This document shows positions 55,178 through 64,000 of a DNA stretch of 64,000 bases, piece after piece. The notes below the pieces were generated by a model. It was not told where the DNA came from. It did no database searches and saw only the letters and a program-made list of their open reading frames with translations. The DNA is taken from positions 119,660,001-119,724,000 of the forward strand of contig OX597816.1 of the NCBI GenBank assembly GCA_951406725.2, written 5' to 3'. A program made the translations under genes and the position numbers. Every line of letters begins with the position of its first letter. Position 1 is the stretch's first letter. Origin of the DNA: Octopus vulgaris. Taxonomy: Eukaryota.

Positions 55178-55733
55178 CACATTTATGTAATCAATACTAG
55201 AATATATATCGATATACGGTGAAAATTTAGCATGATCCCGATAAAAATTAAAGACCTAAAGTAACTTATTTTGTTTCGGTTTTTTTTTTTTTTTGTTTTC
55301 TTAGTTAATCAGAAGAGTATGACACAACAGCACCAAGCCACCAAGCCATCAAGCTGTCGGTGATTTCATATCATTTCGATAAAATGAACAACTCTAAACA
55401 AGCAAGCGTTGTTACACTGACGGTGGGGTTGGGTCTGCTTTTTATTTTTTATTTTTTACGTTTTTTGGGGTTTTTTTTCAGAGCGACTTGTCTTGGAAAA
55501 GGAATCGCCAGGCGTTTTATTGTATATTCTAATCAGTCACCGTTATTAACCAACGTATATTCTTTAATGGTCTGGGGAGGAATGATTTGTGTGACTGACT
55601 CCGCTCAATTGAACACGATACAAATAAAGAATTTAACACGTCCATCTGCCGAGATTCTGTTTCTGGTAGTTGTTTATACTCTTATTTATTTAGCTTCTCA
55701 TTGTTGATGTTGATCACTTTGTTGTTGTTGTTG

Positions 55734-55795
<62 letters not shown>

Positions 55796-55969
55796 TATTG
55801 TTATTACTTATTGTTATTGTTGCCATTTATATCAATATCATTAGACATAATTAATATACTTTCAATAAAATATTCATTAATTTCGTAGAGCGAAAAAAAA
55901 AGCCTAATATAGACAAACAAAAATTGATCACAGAATATAAATACAAAGAGAAAAATATGATAAAAAAAA

Positions 55970-56055
<86 letters not shown>

Positions 56056-56367
56056 GTGTAGGCATGGTTGTACTGTTTAGAAGTGTGCTCTGCAATCACG
56101 TGGTTTCAAGTTCAGTCCCACTGTGTGGCACCTTCAATAAATGTGTTCTTATGTAGCCAACACTATCGTAGAATGACAAATGTTGATGCGCGCGCGCGGA
56201 GGGTTATTATTTCGTCTGTTCGTAAATACGAAGATACATTTACTACTACTAATTGCTAGCAAAGACACAGTATTTTGTTTTGCGATCATGATATACTACC
56301 AGGTATATCAAAGTTTTACAAGCCAATACTGTACTTCGTGTTACCAGTGCGATTTTCTCATTCTTAC

Positions 56368-56545
56368 GTTTATCTCTACAAGCTTTCTATAGAATTTCTG
56401 AGTCAGCACTAAATGTCATGACGTTATGATGTTATGATGTTTTGATGTTTTGACGTCATAATTTACAGTGGTGGCTCTGAATTTTATCTGTAGAGATAAA
56501 CTGTATCTCTGTAGATATAAACTTAAAATCTGTAGAGATAAACTT
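56368..56545. repeat. Imperfect palindrome (MITE-like) with a triplicated right end
   Basis: GTTTATCTCTACA (56368) / TGTAGAGATAAAC (56501); inner arms also complementary; CTGTAGA.ATAAACT occurs three times. Confidence 0.65.
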
Positions 56546-57453
56546 TAAAAGCTTACTGTTTGTTCTGAATTTAAAACAATCGATGTTATTTAAGATTTGA
56601 GGAAAATTTGACAGAATTATCTAGCAGGTCGGGAGCATCTGAAGAAACTTTCCTTCTTCGATTTGAATTCTATTTCGTGTTGTATATTCCCATTTAAATG
56701 AAGTAGAGTGAAATAATGATGAAGGACGTTCCAACCATGACAGTACTGCTATTTGTTTCAGGGACTAAATAAAACCTTAGTGGCTGAGTGACCGTGGATC
56801 AGCTTTTCCACTCCTTTCTTTCCCTTTTACTCCCCTTCCTCTCCCTTTTCCTCTTCTTCTGCTCCCATTCCTCCGGACTTCTCTTTGCCTTACAAAGCAT
56901 CAGTCTCTATTCCATCGGTCGCTTTTCGTGACAGTGTTTTGACAATTAGTGAGGGTAGTTGAAGAGTAGGTTGCGATATAATAACAGCATTATATACACT
57001 TGTGAGTGTTTGTTGTGTATGTATGTATGATTATTCTTTGAGTTTAATTTAAGTTCTTGAGGGATTTCAAGCCAGTCGCTAACGAATCAACAAGACTTTT
57101 GAGTTAGGAGAGTCCCTGGTGTTTGTGAATATGTGGTTGAGTTGGTGTGTTGGTTGAACTCTCAATGCATCTATTCACATAAGAATCTCACAAGATGAAT
57201 ACTACACAGCACCAGGTCCTTCTATCTCAATATTATATAACTATGAAACCGGTGAGTAAATGTAAATAAATCTTTGTAAGAAGACACCAAGTGCATTTTA
57301 AACTTTTCTCTTCTTAATATATGTGAGTGTGTGTATAAGCGTCTGAGAACGTGTGTGTGAGTTAAACATTGAGTGTGTATTATATGCTTAGATTATATTA
57401 TATAAATTCCTATATGCATAAATATGTTATATATACATTATAGATATATGTAC

Positions 57454-57503
<50 letters not shown>

Positions 57504-57566
57504 TATATATAACATATGTGCGTATATGTGAATGTGTATATGTTTTATATAGAGATACATACACAC

Positions 57567-57597
<31 letters not shown>

Positions 57598-58899
57598 CAC
57601 ACATGCACACACAGACTATATTTTGATAAGGTCGAACTACCCCGTAGTAAAATATAGATATATGACACTTGAGAAGCCAGTGGTTTTCTCGGTGCTGTTT
57701 ATAAACTCTTATATGTTAATCTTTTCGAGGTTATCTCTTTCTGGACGTAATCAGTTCTTTAATTGACTGCAGCACCCTTGCGAAAAGAAACTTCGTCATA
57801 AATATCGAGAATACAGTCTAAGATTTCGTCAATATTCCAAAACTTCCACGTTACACACCCAGCCTATCTTCGTTAATCCTTTTTGTGGCGATAAATTGCT
57901 TTATTTGCGGGCAATCATAAAACCAGATACGATTCAGTCGTAAAACGGTGACATTGTTCTGTTCAAAGGTCAAGAATGGTCAATGGACAGCTAACTTTGT
58001 GCAAGACGATATTTGCCTATAAATTAATTTCTTCTAAACACTGTCGCCTCACTGAAACCGTCCGTTGTCAGAGAGCCGTCTATTCGACTGACTTCTATTT
58101 CGTTTATTAATCAAATTTCTGCTATATATCTGCAATATATGAAGATTGAATTAATTTACTTTTATTTATTTTTACGACTATAATATTCATTTCAATGATA
58201 TTAAGTAAGTTAATGTAGTAAGCCTTTGTTATTTCGTTGTTGATGTTGTTTTTCTTGCTTAGCTCTATGTAAGCCCTGATTGAACAGACATGATCAAAGG
58301 CATTCATTCATATCATGACCATGCAGTCATTTATCTAGGACTGCATTACCCAGTGGGCTTCCCTTTTGAAATAGTAGGACACTTGAATTGAGAGAGATTT
58401 AGCTGTTATTTCTAGTAGGAAAACAGAGCATGTAAACACTTCTAAAACTCTTTAGTTTCTAATGATAATCAACCGACGAACGCACGTCGCAATGCCATTC
58501 CGATTTTCGACAATAGCTTATTCGCTTCACTTTGCTTTTTGCTGCTAATGCGCTAATAAATCCGAGACGTCGGGACTTCGGTTTGCGTCGACAAAGTGGA
58601 ATCCAAAAATACAAAATTGGTTACATTCTGAAAAAGAGAAAAGTACAGATTTAGAATACTGCGTCCCAGTAAAAACAAAGAAAGAAGTTTCGGAAGGTTC
58701 GATACAAATTAGAAGGCAATCCTACCAACCTCAAAATACGTCACCCTGGCTGGACATCTTGTCTAGATCTATACAACTCGGTCGACTTATTTGTCAACAA
58801 GTTTATCTACAGTTATAAAAATTAATCGGCACAGGATTTAAGCTCTTTATCAAAAATCGTTACTCACAAGAAATTTTGCTAAGAGATTACATCATCATC

Positions 58900-60350
58900 A
58901 AAATGGTCGATATGAGCGGCACTGTGTTTTGTTTTCTTTTTCTGTAGTCCTCTACAGTAAAAGTGCCCAACATTCTCTTCAGCAAACTACCTGTGGGCTT
59001 TACAAACCGCAATCGGAAACAAGTTTCTACCATCGCACACGAATTCATCTTTTCTAACTCGTTCTAACTCGCTTCTCCTCATCGTCACTAACCTCATCAT
59101 AAGCATATCTCTCACCTTCAAGATATATTTTCTCTTCAAAACCTACAAAACCGACGATCCCAGCCACCCTGTTATTTCCACCGAACTCCTCTTGGGGGAA
59201 CCTCAAAAAACAAAGACGTCTGCGCCTTACTAACGCATTAAGAATACCAACCAGGTATTTTTTATCCAGGGATATATAATATATACATTATATATTTATA
59301 TTCACCATTTAATTCAAATCACTCTAAACAATTCTCCTATACAGCAACGGTCCATCAGCCCTTAAGCAATTCTTCGACCATTACCCTTACTCGTACCTTA
59401 TACCATTACCCTCCTCCTCTTCCTTAACGAAACTCGTCCTCAAACTCAATTACTTTCCTTTCTCTGAGGAATTTCATAACAGTTCGACAGGGCTGCTATG
59501 AGTAATATGATGGGCCCAGAGCGTTTTTTAGGCCACATTGAGTCACAGATCTTTTTGCTCAGTCCACTAGGCTCATCCCTAAACTGAACTGTCACTATAT
59601 TGATTATTGGAATGGCACCAAACAGTAATCCGTTACCGTCACCTTTTATCTACTTCAGATCACTCTTCTCTAGAATTCACCGTATCTGATACCGCCTCAA
59701 CTTCCTAGCAAAGTCTGCCACTACCTACAACATCCATCCGACCAATCCCGTCCGGTACAATTCCACTGACACCTGCTCTCTTCTCCACTATTCCTTCTTT
59801 TTATTCCAGGCACATCCATTCTATTCACCTATTCAATTTCTCCGATTTCACTGGTTATACAGCAATGATTTGCCCTCCAACTCAAGAAATGCGTTACTTC
59901 TTCAATAGAGGGTACTTTTCATTAGTTGTGCATCTTGCACTGAACTACCACTCCTATTTTATCCTCCATAGGCACAGCTACATACTGATTATCATTGTCC
60001 TTCACCTTCTACCCAGCCATCATATCATTAAAACACACACTCAACCACAACTTCCATTTTCTATTTTCTGACCCTGTAACGGCTCTGATCTATCCTACAT
60101 CAACTCATCTCCCCTTCAGTAGAGATACTCCAAGGTGACGTCGAGCCTCTGGAGATCTTCCCTAATCACCGCCAGCCATCTGGTACGGGTCCTGCCACAA
60201 GGCCTCTTCCAACGTGCAGCTTCTGCGTCGAATGAGAGTAAAGCCCTTGTAGGATAATCTAGCGGAAGACGGAGGACATATCCGTACCAGCGCAATCAAC
60301 AGATAGCTATAAGATAGGAGGTTGCGGGCTGGTGCGTGCTCGCATGCAGT
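58900..60350 (+). mobile_element. Penelope-like retroelement RT region, heavily degraded
   Basis: YFLFKTYKTDDPSHPVIS (YFLPKIHKP..PGRPIVS), ALKQFFD, LVLKLNYFPF..AMSNMMGP (GVAMG..MGP), HYIDY (RYIDD), VRYNSTD (VHYKPTD). Confidence 0.75.
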
Positions 60351-60624
60351 ACCTATATATGCAACATCTCAAATAATCCCCAATCCTAAAATCCCAGTAC
60401 GAAACCACCACCCAAAACTTCAGCTACCCGTCTCAACATTACATACTACATTATATGCAAACTCTCTGGTGCCGTTCATGTTGATGAACTCGCAGAATTC
60501 TCCATCGCAGTCCGGGCCAACTTATGGCCTACCACTTGAATACATTAAGCCACTCTATTTGCCACCTCCCAGCAGCCATCATTTCCGTCCACCAGATGTG
60601 TAGGGAGGTATCCCCTTATATATC

Positions 60625-60945
60625 TTTTACTTGTTTCAGTCATTAGGCTGTAGTTATACTGGGCTTTCGCTTTGAAGGGTTTAGTCGAAGAAATCGACTT
60701 TAGTATTTATTTTTTAAGTCTCGTACTTATTCTACCGGCGTAGAATGTAAACAAATTAACGGCGGTTGTCAAGTTGTAGGTTATGGGACAAGCACAAACA
60801 CAAAGACACACACTCACATACATATATACGACGGCTTCTACACAGTTTCCGCCTGCCAAATCTATTCACAAAGCATAAGTCAACCCAAGGCTACACACAT
60901 GCCGCACAGTGAGATTAAACCTAAAGTCACGTGATTGCCTGCACC
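60625..60945 (-). mobile_element. SINE family B, diverged
   Basis: TTTTACTTGTTTCAGTCATT..TTAGTCGAAGAAATCGAC..CAGTTTCCG.CT.CCAAATC. Confidence 0.7.
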
Positions 60946-61746
60946 TATATATGCATTATACATTCATAAGTATACATATATTCATAAATATACACATATA
61001 TTTTCTTCAGAAAATACATACAGACAGGCAGGCATACACACACCACACACTCGCACGCGCGCACGTGTAAAATGTCAGAACCAGTTGAGTACTGAAGTTG
61101 ATATAATCGACTTTTCCCTCCCCTCAAAAACTGCTGGTTTCGTACCAAATTTAGAAAGAATATTGATGCGTAAGACAGTGGATTAACAGAATTAGTAAAG
61201 CGTCAGATATGATAAAAATGCTTAGTGACATTTAATTAAATACTTTTAACGTTCTGAGTTTAAATCCAGCCAGATCAATTTACGGGGCTCAATTAAGTAT
61301 CACCCAATTACTATTTTTAGAATTGATAATATTCTCCACCACCACCCATCTTCCACCTTACCATCACCAAAATGCATGACTTATGTCTGTGTTAGAATTC
61401 AATATTTATTAAATTAATGTAAATGTATGTCTCAAAAACATTATAATACAACGTACGATGATAGTTGATTGACTGTTGTGCGAAAAGAAAACCGACCTGC
61501 AACTGTAAAATTAATTATGACTATACAAACAAACCACTTGGATTTACAAATACAAATTAAATTTTCAACACAAATTTCACGAGAAATTTCTACAATAGTA
61601 CTCACACTCTTGTAAAATGTATTGTGCATGCATTATAACGTATGTAGCGACATTATTACATAGTCAAACGCATTGTAACATTGCTTATTTGGTCATTGTA
61701 CTAAAACCTCAATCAATTCATAGCTTATGTTCAAAGTATGCATTAC

Positions 61747-62050
61747 TGGAAGATCTTGGAAGGTCTAGCATCCGACTTTGGGATTGAAAGCTATACCGTT
61801 CGCCGGACTGGATGCCATTGCATAGCACCAAAAATCCCACCATCTCCATCTTGAGTAAGAACTCGATACTGTAACAGCTAAGAGTTCAAAAGTCCACAAA
61901 TTTTCAATGATCTGCTAAAAGGTCACAGAGATCCATGAGGTGTAGATGCGGACAACAATCGGACAAATATTTATTTAATGTAGCATATGAGCCTAGATCA
62001 CATCAAGAAACGCAAAGAAGGGTAGCTCTGTCCAATCCACTATTTCATCA
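61747..62050 (+). mobile_element. CR1-clade LINE 3' fragment (second family)
   Basis: WKILEGLASDFGIESY..RTGCHCIAPKI..VRTRYCNS..PQIFN..SNPLFHQ. Confidence 0.75.
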
Positions 62051-62079
62051 AGACTGATTTCTGTAGGTAGGTAGGTAGG

Positions 62080-62201
<122 letters not shown>

Positions 62202-63011
62202 TAAAAGAAAGGCAGCGACTTCGAAATTCGTCCAGAACTGGCTTCTCAAGCTTTGTTGGAATGATAGAAATTTGTCATATACTTCGTATATAAAGCTTAG
62301 AATAGCGTTTCCCATGCATTTGTCGGTCAAGTACGCTCTAGATGACAAGCTGAATCGGCCAACAGCCTTCCTAAAGTGAGTCTAAAATAAACAAGCATTG
62401 GCGCTAATAACGGTGCCCCAGCATAGTCACAATTTCTAACTAAAACTGATGGTAGTATAATAATAGAGTAACTTAAGCCTTGTCTCTATAACACTTTCTT
62501 ATAATTTAGAATGAACCTCTACTATAATAGCCTCCTTTCAATTAACATTATATATTTCTAGACGTATTTCTTGTCTAATTACATTTTCCGTTGTCCTTTC
62601 ACTACCAAAGATATTTCTTTCATTCAATATTTCCATTCAGTATTATTGGTGTATGTTGTAATTCAATACATTTATAACAATTTATAATTTACTTTATTAG
62701 ACAACTCATATCAGCTTACATTAGTTTGTCCTTTGACATTGTATTTAGCAACTTAATTTTGTAAACACCTAAATATTAAAGTACCCTATTTACTGTTCCT
62801 AACAATTAATTAGTTGGTCTTCTCTACCAAATAACTATACTGACACACAAACAAATACATTCATACACACACAGACGCACACACACACACATGTACAAAT
62901 ATATATACATACATACATTACATACATACACACACACAAGCATATATATATATGTGTGTGTATATATATAAATATATATATATATATATACATACATATA
63001 TATATATATAT

Positions 63012-63085
<74 letters not shown>

Positions 63086-63252
63086 TCATCAATTTGTGTT
63101 GCAGATTCCTGATTTGAAGTCGTGTGTTGAAATCGATATTGTTGTATTTCGGGATGGTCATTTTTTTTTTTGCCAAATAAACACACGCACTATATATTTT
63201 TCACTCACTCGTTTATTACTGTTCTTATTTTATTATTTTAACTCATGTCCAT

Positions 63253-63297
63253 TGTCCGGAAATCTTTCGACACACATCTGTGACCTCTTCAGCGACA
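63253..63297 (-). ncRNA. Degenerate type I hammerhead motif
   Basis: Reverse complement: tgtcg-CTGAAGA-ggtcacagatgtgtgtc-GAAA-gatttc-cggaca; AATAAA downstream; weak stem III. Confidence 0.45.
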
Positions 63298-63357
63298 CTT
63301 TTCGTTTTCGTGTGTGTTCTTGCTCCACTTCATTCTGTTTTTCTAAGAACACCTTAT

Positions 63358-63525
63358 GGACATGCTGGAGCACTGCCTTTAGTCGAGCAAATCTACCCCA
63401 GGACTTATTCTTTGTAAGCCTAGAAATTATTCTATCGGTTTCTTTTGCCGAACCACTAAGTTACGGGGACGTAAACACACCAGCATCTGCTGTCAAGCGA
63501 TGTTGGTGGGGGACAATACAGACAC
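63358..63525 (-). mobile_element. SINE family B 3' module
   Basis: CATGCTGGAGCAC..TAAGTTACGGGGACGTAAACACACCAGCATC. Confidence 0.85.
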
Positions 63526-63711
63526 ACACACACAATATACACACACGCACACTGGATTACGTGTTCTTTTCTCTTTTTGTCTTCTGCAATTTTATCTTTG
63601 ATCTTCTATATATATATGAAGATTTTACCTCCGTCTGGCTGTTTTTCTCTCTGCAAGACAAAAAGTTACATTGTGAAACAGTGATTTTAACGAGTTGTTT
63701 TATTTACTTAT

Positions 63712-63809
63712 CACCCGACGAGATACATCTGCACCACTGGACTCCTGAACCAGTTGTTGAGTGTCCCACCAGAGGAATCGACGCTAGATGTGTCGAAACA
63801 ATTATCGTG
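63712..63809 (+). ncRNA. Type I hammerhead motif (CCGACGA variant)
   Basis: cac-CCGACGA-gatacatct[long loop]agatgtgtc-GAAAC-aatt-ATC-gtg; 9-bp stem II; AATAAA about 7 nt further downstream. Confidence 0.5.
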
Positions 63810-64000
63810 TTTAATAATAAATTCTCGTATATTCCATCTTCTGTCTTTCATTTGTTATATATATATATATATATATCTGTACATACACAGACGAACGAAA
63901 AACAGAGCTATTGGTCAGAAGGTCAAGCGCAATTTCAGCTTCTATCGATAATATTGCTTCCACGCTGGAGGCACCGGCAAGGAACTTGCCGGGAATGGAA

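Overview
This is eukaryotic, very AT-rich, repeat-dominated DNA that looks intronic or intergenic. The SINE families and the extreme (TA)n/(CATA)n/(GATA)n/(CA)n load best fit an octopus or other coleoid cephalopod genome (inference). I found no convincing host protein-coding gene; nearly all listed ORFs are microsatellite artefacts. The window holds many tRNA-derived SINEs (at least three families), decayed LINEs (RTE, CR1, Tx1, R4/Dong-like, HERO-like, Penelope-like), and mariner, hAT and Tc2-like DNA-transposon remnants. The most striking signal is about a dozen type I hammerhead-ribozyme motifs from many distinct sequence families. They sit in short Penelope-like termini next to (TA)n arrays, often have a palindromic stem III and a downstream AATAAA, and three occur in inverted or foldback arrangements. 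Also notable are a candidate pre-miRNA hairpin, an array of REL-LINE 3' ends in (CATA)n repeats, and a head-to-tail SINE array. All calls were made by eye, and element boundaries are approximate unless stated.
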